64,000 nucleotides of DNA from Callorhinchus milii (taxonomy: Eukaryota). Of the stretch, positions 51,880 through 63,117 are shown in pieces (within the stretch, counting starts at the first letter, position 1; every line of letters begins with the position of its first letter). A model generated the notes under the pieces. That model did not search any database and was not told where the DNA came from. It saw only the letters and a list, made by a program, of their open reading frames with translations. A program made the position numbers and the translations under genes. The stretch is taken from contig NW_024704742.1 of NCBI RefSeq assembly GCF_018977255.1, positions 13,642,001 through 13,706,000 on the forward strand. The letters run 5' to 3'.

Positions 51880-53180
51880 ACTGTCCCTCTCGTTGAAGCC
51901 TCCTCTCCTAGCTACAATTTTCACGACATCCCCGCTCCAAACAACAAGGTGGCCTGGTGGCCCTCATTTCCCAAGTTTCCCTATTCCTCTGGCTGTTTCA
52001 ACTCCTTTGAGCACCTCACCCTCCACCATCCCTCCACTCTCTCCCTCAAAAATCCTCCTAGTATACCGCTCCCCTCCAAACCCTCCTGGCTCTTTCCTCA
52101 CTGATATCTCCTCTCTTCCCTGTTCCTCTGCACTGAACACCTACTCATAATGGGTGATTTCAACCTCCACCTTAACTCCCTTTGCATCACCTCCTCGGAT
52201 TTCACTGCCCTCCTCTCCTCCCTAAACCTCACCCTCCACATCAACTCGTAGACCCACAATTGTGGCCACTCCCTCGACCTCGCCATCACACATAGCCTTG
52301 ACATTTCTGACCCGTCTATCATGGACAAGGCCATCTCGGACCACTTCCTCACCTCCCTCTCCTCCCACATCCCTCTCCCCTCTTCAAAGCCCTCCACCAT
52401 TTATTTCCGCCCCTCGAAAAAGCCCTCTCTTCCGCAGGTCTTCTCTCCCTCTGGCCTTCCACCCGCAGCAATCCTGATGCAGCCATCAAACTGCTGAATG
52501 ACCCTCTAGACATAACTGTTAATTCCCTGGCTCCCCTGAAGTCCCAAACCCACCCGCTCCCCCTGGTACAACATTATCTCCGCTCACTACCAGCACATTG
52601 TCAGCCTCCGACTGTACCTTACCACACAAATGCAGCTGAAACCCTTATTTGTCACCTCCCTCCTGGTGTACTCAAATCCACTCCTCGCCGGTCTCCTCAG
52701 GTCCACTATTCAAAAGATCCAGCTCTTTCAGAACTCTGCTGCCCACAGACTTACCTGAACCAAACTCCATATTCCCTACTTCACCAGTTCTGGTCGGCTC
52801 CACTAGTTCCCCATCACTGAATGGATCGACTTCAAGATCCTCACACTTGTGTTCAAATCCCTTCACTCTCCGGCACCTCCCTACCTCTCTGACCTCCTCA
52901 CTCCCCAATCCAGCACCAGCCTCCTGCTTGTCCCTCGCACCACCATTGTAGCCCGCGCTTTCAGCCACAGCACCCCAAAACTCTGGAACATTCTCCCTCA
53001 ATCCCTTCACCTTGCCCCCTCTCTCCCATTTTTCAAGTCCTGCCTGAAAACCTTCCTTTTCAACTGTGCTTATGGCCACCTCCCACCCCCTGCTCCCCGG
53101 CTCGGAGTCAGGCTCTGCCACTGTTAGGCGTTCTAAAACTTTACCCTGTGTGGAGGGTGCAACATAAGTGCAGGTTGTTG
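51880..53180 (+). mobile_element. L2 LINE with APE region joined to the 3' end (RT core missing)
   Basis: LLVYRSP, IMGDFNLH, GHSLDL, ISDHF, PWY, then a jump at ~52600 to AAETL, IDFKIL, FSHSTPKLWN and tail. Confidence 0.85.
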
Positions 53181-53491
53181 ATAATAATCCTTGCATTTTT
53201 GATATAGCGCTTTTCACGTCGGGAGGACGTCCCAAAGTGCTTCACAGAACACACTGTAAAGTGAATTGACTGTATATTTGTGGGCGAACGCGGCAGCCAA
53301 TTGCGCACAGCAATGTCCCACAAACAGTCGTAGATTGAAAATGACCAATTTATTATTGTTTTTGGTTTTGGAGGGATTATTATTAGGCGTGTGGAGTAAG
53401 GAAACTTACAAGGTTTCGCCCTCTGCCTGGAATTGAACTCAGGTCTCTCGCTTGCAAAGCGAGTGCTCTAACCACTGAGCTACAGGACTCC
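53181..53491 (-). mobile_element. Full-length tRNA-derived SINE inserted in an L2 (GTT)n tail
   Basis: Complete antisense SINE; gttgttg lies on both sides. Confidence 0.95.
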
Positions 53492-55019
53492 GATGTTGTT
53501 GAATTTGAAACACGCTAGTGGAAAGGTTCAAAACGGAGAGAGAAGGGAGTTCACCGGGATACTGGCCAACAAACCTCCATATAACTTGATTCTTCTTTTA
53601 CCTACATATAAGACTTAGCTGCCAATTTTCCCTACAAATATACTTAACAGCAATTACTGTAAAGCGCTTTGAGGCATTTTAGTGTTAAATGGGAGAGGGA
53701 AGAAAATACAAAAATACTTCAAAACATTCACTTGTCTTTACCTAATTTCAGACTGAGGGTGACACAAACGTTCAAACAACAAAGAGAACAAAACTTCAGT
53801 CAATTTTAAAATTTCATACCAACACTGAATATTTATTTAAAAGATCAATGTTTCTCATGTGTACCTCAGTGTGTTAATCAGGGTGGCATTGATCTATTGG
53901 TGCTTTTTGGGTTTAGTCACAGAGCCAGGGACAAGAATTACAAGCTTGGTGTCATCTTGATTTGTAACTTCACGAGTGTGAGGGAAGTGGAGATTCTTTT
54001 TCAATGAAGAATAAATGCCAGTATGAGCAAACAAACACAATTTTTGTTTTAGTTATGAGAGTGTAAACAATTGTTAATAGAATTGAGTATGAAAATCTTC
54101 TCACAGTTCAAGAGAACATTATAGAAATATTGACTGAAGTTAAAGGCGATCAATAGAACATAAATAAAATTGAGCAATGGAAAAGCGACACATTAGGATT
54201 GTATAATCCACAATACTGAAGGGTAAGTAGGTTTTTCAAATTGTCCTTACTGGGTTTTACGTTTAATAGCGCAGGAACAAACTGCAAAGAAAAACATGGC
54301 AAATCATACCTTGTAAATGTACAACACAGTAAATGGTAGCTTTAGGCTCCAACAGCATAGAAACACAACATTGAGTCGACTGAACTATGAACTATGCTTC
54401 CATTCAGTAGGCTCTGGCTTTGTTCTTTTAGTAAAGGAGGTTAATCTAAACATATCCACGCAGACACACCTTAAATATATTTTCATTTGTTGATTGTTAC
54501 AGTCTTATGTTAGTGACCTTGAAATTTGATTGACCAGCAGTCTGAGTTAGTGTTGTTTAATATCATCAGAGTAACCTCTCATCAAAGGTAGTTCATCCTT
54601 GACTGCGCCTGAAAGATGCTATTGAATTAGCGTAGGTACCCTGTAATAACTTCCATTTATCTAGCACCTTCACGCTGGGTAGGATCTTGGAATGCTGAAC
54701 AAAGACAGAATTTGATGCCGAGCTGTGGAGAAAGTAGAGGTGCCGATAGGCACAGAAGAAAAGGAAATTTTTCAAAGAGGAAAGCCGTAAAGTGCATCTA
54801 ACAGTTGGGGGATAAACAATTACCATTGTGGGGCTTAATTTGCAATATTTGGAAAGGGGTAGAAAGGGCAACTTACAATTCAGACTGCATGTAGTTAGAA
54901 CCAGTTGAAGTTCTGTTACATGGATGAAAATGATTTATAATAGTTAACTTTAAATTCTAATTGTATTTCCGTTGTTTTGTCACTATGCAAATACTCTGAA
55001 TTTAGGTGGAATGTGCATC

Positions 55020-55500
55020 AATCTGGCTCAATTGGTAGCACTTTCGCCTCTGAATCAGAAGGTTGTGGGTTCAAGCCCCACATCGAGACTTTGAGCTCAC
55101 ATAGCTCCAAGACACTCCAGTGCATTGCTGAGGATGTGCAATATTGCTGCATATGCCGTCCTTTGGAATGAAACATTAACCCAAGTCCCGTCTGTCTGTC
55201 TACTAATGTCATATCCTGCCTGCTGGACTATGCTCAAGTAATAACATTAAAGTCTCTTCCTGTGAGCTGCAAATGTGTATTATGAAGGGAGTTTTTCCTC
55301 CTGTCTTGGCCAACAATCCCCCAAATAAAATTGGGCATTCACTTCATAACTGTTTCTGGGATATTGCTGTACACAAATTGGCTGCTGTGTTCGCCTACAA
55401 GTTACACATTCATTACACTTTGCTGCATATCTGTAAACTACTTTGAGGCATTCTCCCGACATGGAAGGTACTACATTAAATGCGAGGGATATTATTCTAT
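55020..55500 (+). mobile_element. Deu-type SINE, degraded
   Basis: tggctcaattggtagcactttcgcctctgaatcagaaggttgtgggttcaagcccc head, core and tail. Confidence 0.75.
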
Positions 55501-56569
55501 TATAATCCATATCACGTATCTATATATGTTTATGTTTGCGCTAAGCCCATTTCATACCGATTTATTTAGATACATCCACTGTGCTTTGCTTTCAAAAGCT
55601 TCCATATGTGGACTTCTGAAAAGGGGTTTAAACAGAGAGTTCCCCCCGATGTGACAGATGCTACACAAATGTAATTTGTTGTTGTTTAAGTTTGACATTA
55701 GGAATATACATCATGGTTAGAGATATTACAGTTCTGCTTGCTACTGGAACAAGTTTCCTGACTCCAAACCTTCCTGTGAGCAGGTTGCAATAAGGATCCA
55801 AGAACTCCTACCACAAAAAGCAAAATGATGGGAGCCCAGATTGCTCTAAATAAAAGATGGATGTGATCTTAGAAGATACACTGTCCAGTGGCATTAAAGC
55901 TATGAGAGTTTTTACGCATTGCACTTTCAGTTTTGAGAGCCTCCAATAAACACTGAATTCTTTTCACACTGATGTTAACATGATGTTGATAGTTTTTCAA
56001 ACATGTGATTCCAGCGGGAGATCTCCTTGGATACCCAGAAGGAAGAAGGATGGTTTTAGTCTAACTTGAATATGAATTAACGTATGAATAAAGTATTCAA
56101 TTTATTCCCAAAGGGTTTGATCTTGGGACCAGCTCCACACTTAAATACCTTTAGAAAGAACACATTAAGCACGATTTGAGAACTATTCTTTAAAAGTCCT
56201 GGTTCATATGTGTGTCTGTATATATATATAGAAATGAGGTGAAAATAGTGTAGAGGTTTAAAATGCAACTTTAATTTAGTTACATGTAGACATTCAAGAG
56301 TTCATTCCATGCTGTTCACTTAATATAGTGCAAGTATTGATGTAGGCTAAGTGATATTGTATTCCATTCGCTGAATGTTGAACTCAAAACCTTCCTCATC
56401 ATTACTTTATCAATGTCATTAATTCTAGCGTTGGTGGCGGTGGCCTAGGGGAAAATTAGTTACCCATTGAGTTCACACAACAGTTTGGAATTTCACAGTT
56501 ACAGAACTACACAGTTCTCTTGAACCGAAAAGGTTCACTTTAGAATGTAATAATGAGACATCTTAGTAA

Positions 56570-56940
56570 CATAATAATAATACTTGCATTTGATATAATG
56601 CCTTATCACGTCTTCGAGATGTATCAAAACACTTCACAGAATATACTGTAAAGTGAATTGATTCTATATTTTGTGGGCTAATTGTGCACAGCAGTGTTCC
56701 ACAAACAATCATGGATTTAGTTACCAATTTATTATTATTATTTTTTTAAAGAAGTTACTAATAAGGCACTATATCTAATGAAAGGATTATTATTATAAAA
56801 ATGCAGCACCTCCAATAATGAAGCATATCCCCAGCACTGAATTGTAATTTCATCATAGATTATATGAGTTGGAAGGCCTGGTGTAGGGCTTTAAACCACA
56901 ACATTCTGACTCAGATGCCAGAATACTACCAACTGAATCA
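56570..56940 (-). mobile_element. SINE 3' half plus Deu-type SINE head
   Basis: Antisense tail ataataatacttgcatttgatata; antisense head aaaccacaacattctgactcag..taccaactga. Confidence 0.7.
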
Positions 56941-56949
56941 ATGTTATCG

Positions 56950-57238
56950 GAATATTACCAGAATGTTATTCAAATAAGTTGTGGGCAATCCTTATAGCTC
57001 CAACGTAAACAGAGGGAACATCTCCCTTTATAAACTACAAGCTTTCAATTGCTAGGAATAGAATGGAGTTAATAAAATGACAACTTTGCAGGGAAGTTAT
57101 TCTGACTATAATTCTAATACTTATTTTCGCACATCTCTTGACCTATACCCTCATATTCTTTGCTGTTTCTGATTATAGCCACTATCCCTGACACAATCTT
57201 TACTTGGCAATAACATACTTGGAATCCGACACAATGTG
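56950..57238. repeat. Duplicated segment, copy B
   Basis: Paralogue of 47420-48000 lacking the SINE. Confidence 0.9.
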
Positions 57239-57753
57239 CGGGTGGATGAAAACTGTGTGTGTGAAAAATCTAATAGACTCCTCATCATGCCCTCCAGTTA
57301 ATTTCATAAGCATGCTCTCAGCTAAATTTGTGCCACTTGATTCCTTGCTTATGCTGCGCTTTTGTGCTATATTGCTACTAAAGTCAACAGGATTCACCAG
57401 AAAATATGGAGTATATTCACAGAATAAATAACCCTAAATATCATGCCTTGTCTGAGACTGGACAAAGATATCAGCATCAATCAAACAGTGTGGTCATCCT
57501 CAGCTTTCAAGACTGACACTGTAATTTCGCCTTCTGTCAGCTCTGTGGAACACTACGTGTTGTCGTCCATGCTAACAAACTGCATCAACCCAGTCAGATA
57601 CAAGAGTAAAGGCAGGGTCTGGATCCAGAATGTCTTTTGCTTCTTTGCTGAAGGCTGCCTCCCAAAAGCAATTTCAGGGTTGTCATTGTCTTAACCTCAG
57701 ACTTGGCTGAGACACCTGATGAACTGGATCTATAGCTTTAAGTGGACGGACAA

Positions 57754-57861
57754 ATACACACACACACACACATATATATATATCTCATACACATATATAT
57801 ATATATCACACATATATATATATCTCTCACACACACATATATATATATATATATACATACA
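57754..57861. repeat. Compound (CA)n/(TA)n microsatellite
   Basis: Seen directly. Confidence 0.95.
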
Positions 57862-57994
57862 GAGAACCAGCTTCACAATTTAAAGATCTTCATTTTATGA
57901 AAATAACTGTCTAACAGCAAACCAATCTTAAAATGTACCTACATCCCCACCATTCATTAACTGTGCAGTTTTACCTTGCTTAATTTCACGAGTA

Positions 57995-58095
57995 TAGAAT
58001 CATGGAATCTTTCAGCACAGAACCAGGCCATTCGGGCCATCATGCCTGTGCCAGCTCTTTGAAAAAGCTATCCAATTAGTCCCACTCTCCCACTA
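57995..58095 (-). mobile_element. CR1 3' tail
   Basis: tagaatcatggaatctttcagcacagaaccaggccattcggg...gctctttgaaaaagc. Confidence 0.8.
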
Positions 58096-60169
58096 TAAAA
58101 TCATATAAGGATGAGTACTCAATGCACATTATTAAATCACTAACAGTTTGTCTTCAGTCATCCCATGCATGTATTCTTTGGTCCTGGGCAAGTGAAGTGT
58201 ATTCACTAGGGAAGAGATTGAGTAGAAATGGCAAACAGAAACAATTTCTGTGAGTTTTCAGTTGCTGAAATTGAAGACTCCTAAACACAAGGTTCTTTTT
58301 TGGAAGTGTCTGACAAAGACAAGCCCCTTGCTCACAACACAAACACCTTGGTTTATGACTCATTTGAGTAATTTATTTTTGCATTTACCCAAGTCAACAG
58401 TCTCTTAAAAGTTGCTGATTAAATCAGACTTATCTTTTTTAATATTAACGATACAAGGAGTAGCTAAAGGGATTCTGAGTTGGGTCACACCAGATGCGGA
58501 GTTAGAAAAACTGGCCATTAAAGATTACTAGTTGCCTCGAGAGACAGGCTTGCCTCCAAAGACAAGCCAGTAATATAAAAGCGATATTAAATGCCAGTCT
58601 TCCATCCAGGCATGGTTCTGAAAAAGAGTTCAGTTGATCTCAAGTGACACATAGTTTTGCAGGATCTGTGGCAGAGTTGGAGCATTGCCAGTCATCAACT
58701 GCAGAGAAATTAGCATCTTTGTCTTCCCTGTGGGCTTTCTTACAAAATGTGCTTTAGCTTAAAGCAACACAGCCACCCGTTAATGCTCTCAGTCATCTTG
58801 TCCCGATAGCTTCCATTAGTTTTTTCTAGCAAAGGAGAATGTGTGACATGCATATCATTTGCTCTTGATGTCTCAGATCAATCATGGAGGCTTACTTTCA
58901 CAGATGAATGCTCCCTTCTGTTTCTCCCTTTCTGATATGGGCTTAGGGTGAAGTAGAATTCATCCAGAATTTACTCTTTCTTTGTATACAGCAGTTAAGT
59001 ACCATTGTCTAATGTATATTATATAATTTACATTTACTATAATAACTAGTAATCTTTAATTGCCTTTCACACCAGGAGGCCATTTCAAAGCACAATTTCA
59101 CTCGGTGGCAACATTTTGAAACCCATGGCTTTCTGATTGAAGCCAACAATGTGTCTTTATACAGCTCCTTCACTTCAAAGGGTAATGCAGGATAATGTCT
59201 CGGAGTGCTGATAACTCTTTCTTTACTCAGGCCAGAAGTATTCATGGTCCCAGCTGAAATTGAGAGAGAAAAAGGTCTCAAACCTGTACACCACTTAGCC
59301 AGTGCTTCATTTGCACATAGCTCCAAGCTCTTTAATGTTCGTGACCTGACTGCACTTACATAATCATGTCTCAATGACATGGAATGAACTTTTGCTGGCT
59401 CTGCTCGGCATCAGTCGATAGCATTACCAATCTGTTCAATTCATTTATAGTATGCGGTTAAGAACACAAAAATGTACAAAACTGCAAATAACCAAAGTCA
59501 AATGAAATCTAATCTATGCTATTCTATCTTTCATGTACCTTAATCGATTCCTTCACCAAACTGCTTTCCATTTTGCTCTTGATTTTGTTGTCACAACCCA
59601 GCTGTTTCGACACATATTGAATTTGAAATGTTCATGTTATCTAAAGCCACACTTAGCCTGAAGCACAGATGTGAATCCCAAATTGGCTGGTTAAAATTGG
59701 AGGAAAAGGGAACAAACTGGATTAATCATAACATAAGGAATGTCTGAGCTGCCCTGTCGTCCTAAGGTGCAAGTCCACTGTGTCGAATTATCCAATGTCA
59801 GCTTTCTTTCCACAAGATCACAAGATTGGTTTGGATGAAGAAGGCCTCTTGGCTCATTTGATCTCATCCCTTCAGAATATCCACTCTACAACCAACATCA
59901 ATCTGCTTTTTAAATGAGTCCAGTGTCCTGGCCTCATCTACCCTTTCTAGCAACCAGTTCCACTCTTTCATCTTCCATAACACTGGAGCCAACCCAGTGC
60001 CAACTTTCTACCAGCACACTGCAAATTGGAATTGCTCAAAGGTAATGTTAAATTTCAATATTCCTTAGTTGACAGGGATCAGTGTTGGAATCTATCCAAC
60101 ATTTTCATTAGTTTGTACAGCATCAGAATCTATCCAGTGCCAATTCAATACTTCCATTATGTGGGTCAG

Positions 60170-60345
60170 GATGTCAGCTTGTCTTACTTGATAGCTCACT
60201 TGCCTCTGGGTCAGAAGATTCTGCTTTCAAGCACCCCCTTGGAATGTAATGTTTCATGCTGGCACTGTAATGCAATATAGGGAGCACTGAATTATCAGAG
60301 GTGCCATCCTCATGGTTCGGGTGGAACATGTTTTGTTTGGACATG
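60170..60345 (+). mobile_element. Deu-type SINE head, degraded
   Basis: gtcagcttgtcttacttgatagctcacttgcctctgggtcagaag...tcagaggtgccatc. Confidence 0.55.
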
Positions 60346-60444
60346 GTTGGCAAAGGAATGTCAGAATTGATTCAACCCTCTGTGGCAGTCTTGGTAGTTC
60401 AATTCCTGAGCCAGGTGGGTCCATGGTACTGCAGGGCACTGTCA

Positions 60445-60750
60445 CGACAGCCAAGCCAGCCTGGCTCATTGGCAGGTCTTGGAAGGCAAGACCAGTCACT
60501 GGGGTCAGGGATTCTTCCCTTTCATCTCTTGCTAACCCTGCAAGCTAAAGCCCTAATGGGTAGGATAGTCCTAGCTGGACAAGTAGGGGAAAGCTTTACA
60601 GACTTTCAATGGCAAGCTATGCAATTTTATCTGGTTGGATTCCAGCGGTTCCCCAATGCACATACTGGGGTCCCCAAGACTTGGCCAGTGGCCATGTTGT
60701 AACAAATGTCTCCAATTCCCTATTTTCCGAAGCACAAATTTAACTCAAAA
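60445..60750. repeat. Unclassified repeat or duplication; second copy at 62297-62381 + 63122-63330
   Basis: ctggctcattggcaggtcttggaag vs ttggctcatcaacaggacttggaag; gtcctagctggacaagtag vs gtcctagtttgacaagcag; tcaatggcaagctatgca vs tcaatggcaggctatgca. Confidence 0.8.
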
Positions 60751-62381
60751 GTTAAATTTTCCTTTGTTGGAATGACATTGCCTTTGTTGGCATGGTTTAC
60801 CAGGGTTTTGTGATTTGCCCAAGTTTCCCTATAATACTTAAATCTGGTGCACTGTAAGGAAGACTGAGCAAAGGGATATAATTAAGTGCAATCATTAAAT
60901 CCTTTCCCTCCTGAGCACATGCCTCTTGCAGATTATTTTCAGTTTCATTATATTAGCTTGAAAAGCTGCTGTTGCTTGTAATTGTTTAAATTTGCGATTT
61001 GAATGGATTTCTTAAATTCATTTTTCATCCTCTTTGTGCTGATTTGAAAATATTGCTATGGAATATGCAAAACAAACTTCATAGAGTTAGATGCGCCAAA
61101 TGGTGTAACCATGTTTTAGATCCAGTGGTTAGTAGCATGTGATAGATAAGTGGCTATTTCACTCCTGCCAACACCTTCATTCAATTAGCAAACTGGGGCT
61201 CTGCAGCTTTAAATGCCTGAATTTTACAATGAGTCAGTGAAACAAGATTACATGTGCTTCAAACAACATCTGCTATGGTCAAGAAATAACATTTTTAGAT
61301 ATTCTTAATCAAGCTGAATAATCATCAGGTATGATCTCTATTGCGCTCGGCACAAGAACAAAATTTATACCCTTAAAATTGGATTTCAGTCCTTTAGCGT
61401 TGAGTTGAACTATAGAGACAAGGGTAGCCATAGGGGATACTTGCTTTGAAATATTAAAGTCAGCTGTAATTGGATCCACTTAACCAGCAGGTCCAGTTTT
61501 AAAATGCATTGGCAGGTCAAGCATTCTGAAATGCAAAAAGGTTTAAAGGAGAAGGTTGTGGATGACTTTCGGATGCTTATTGACAGTTCTTACTAATGGG
61601 TCTTCAACACTGAAACTGTACGGACAGAACTGCAAATAAACAACCTAAACAATTAAACAATGTACTGGGATGAAATCTGCATCACTAGGTTAAGAAGAAA
61701 CCTTCACAACATGCACACAAGTATCGTATTTGGTTCCACACATTGCAAAAGTATCTATGGGTATAATACATCTGCATTTTGATGGCCAATTTGTCTTTCT
61801 GCAATTTGTGCATTGGTAATAAAATCTAGTCATATCATTTAGTGTGTCTGTTCACTGGCTATTCTAGCCCCACAACAGGGTTTGAGGTTATCATCTGTGT
61901 AGATAACACAAACGCAGAATTGAATAACGTAGCACTTTTCAGGTTAGATGTTATTGTTAAGGTTAAGTTAGATTAGGTGCTATTGCTTCAGATGAGGTGG
62001 TAAATAAAGTCCCGCCTGATGGTCCAGGTGAATAAAAATAGCCCCTTTTGAGAGAGGAAAAAGCAGTCACAACCTAAAAAATTATGCTTTCCGTATGTGT
62101 GGATGAGATAGAAACCGAACAGTGGAGAACAGATCAAGTAAGTTTGGTAACAGATGATTTACATAGTTGCTTTGTTATGACCAATAGAAATATCCGATGA
62201 TCAGAAAAAATATAAATAAGCCAAAAGGGAAAATGTGTAATCTGATTAACACAAGGACTGGAATGCAGTTAAACTGTTGTCCTGAACGCCCCTCAAACCA
62301 GACCAGCTAACTTGGCTCATCAACAGGACTTGGAAGAGCAGATCAGAAACTGAGGGTATGATTTTTTCCCATTCAACTCCT

Positions 62382-63117
62382 TGTTAGAAAATAAAATCAG
62401 CCAAATCTGCAAGGAAATAACGCTAATTCCTCTAACCAGATATCAGACTGTTTTATTATAATTCGTTCGTTATTCCCCAATATCCCGATGGGTCAGACCA
62501 AAGGCCGGTACAATCAACAGATCTTATAACAGAATAACACCACTATAGATATCTCGAGTTCAAGAGTTCAACACTGTGTCTTTCCAGCACACAAGCTTGA
62601 TTCTTCATGCTTTCAGTCTTCTTGCTTACAGCTTTCAATCTTCCATCTGATATCCTCAGTCTTAGTGTTTCCAGCTCTCAGTCTTTCATCTCTGTATCCT
62701 TGTCTCCACGACCCGGGACGGCTCCATCTCCCGTATCCTTGTCTCCGCGACCCGGGACGGCTTCATCTCCCGTATCCTTGTCTCCGCGACCCGGGACGGC
62801 TCCATCTCCCGTATCCTTGTCTCCGCGACCCGGGACGGCTCCGTACACAAAGTTATCGGAACTCTTATACCAATATTCATTCAATCATGGTGCGGATATT
62901 AGATCACCCGGTCGAAATCATGCTGGGTTCACGTGAACACCTCATGGGGTGTACGTGCCTCACACACACAAACACACTGTCCTTGAGACAGTCCGTTATC
63001 TCGTGTACGTGCAGGGAGTTTCAGTCCAGCTGCCCACAACACACTTAACTTAAAAGTTAACCCGTTCGCAACATCTATTATGATTCTAACATTATACAAA
63101 AAGTGTAAATTCTAACA
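62382..63117 (-). mobile_element. Solo LTR (736 bp; ERV- or Gypsy-type)
   Basis: Termini TGTTAGAA...TTCTAACA; TCCT duplicated at 62378-62381 and 63118-63121; minus-strand TATAAG (62864-62869) and AATAAA (62452-62457); CpG-rich; flanks rejoin to match 60500-60550. Confidence 0.88.
62687..62842. repeat. 39-bp minisatellite x4 inside the LTR
   Basis: Unit catctcccgtatccttgtctccgcgacccgggacggctc, four near-identical copies. Confidence 0.97.

Larger units (their letters stand above)
57200..59430 (-). pseudogene. Possible decayed large coding exon (unidentified)
   Basis: Repeat-poor tract with S/K/E/D-rich minus-strand frames (ORFs 59009-59380, 57200-57397) broken by stops and frameshifts; no recognisable domain. 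Confidence 0.25.

Noticed and set aside
57200..57240. RNase H-like motif HIVSDSKYVI
   Set aside because: A single short motif followed by a stop; no other RNase H residues or adjacent RT/integrase.
62687..62842. CRISPR-like array
   Set aside because: Head-to-tail repeats without unique spacers, no cas genes, vertebrate context.
62607..63048. Repetitive ORFs such as (SPVSLSPRPGTAP)n
   Set aside because: A stop-poor 39-bp unit divisible by 3 opens several frames on both strands; it lies within an LTR.
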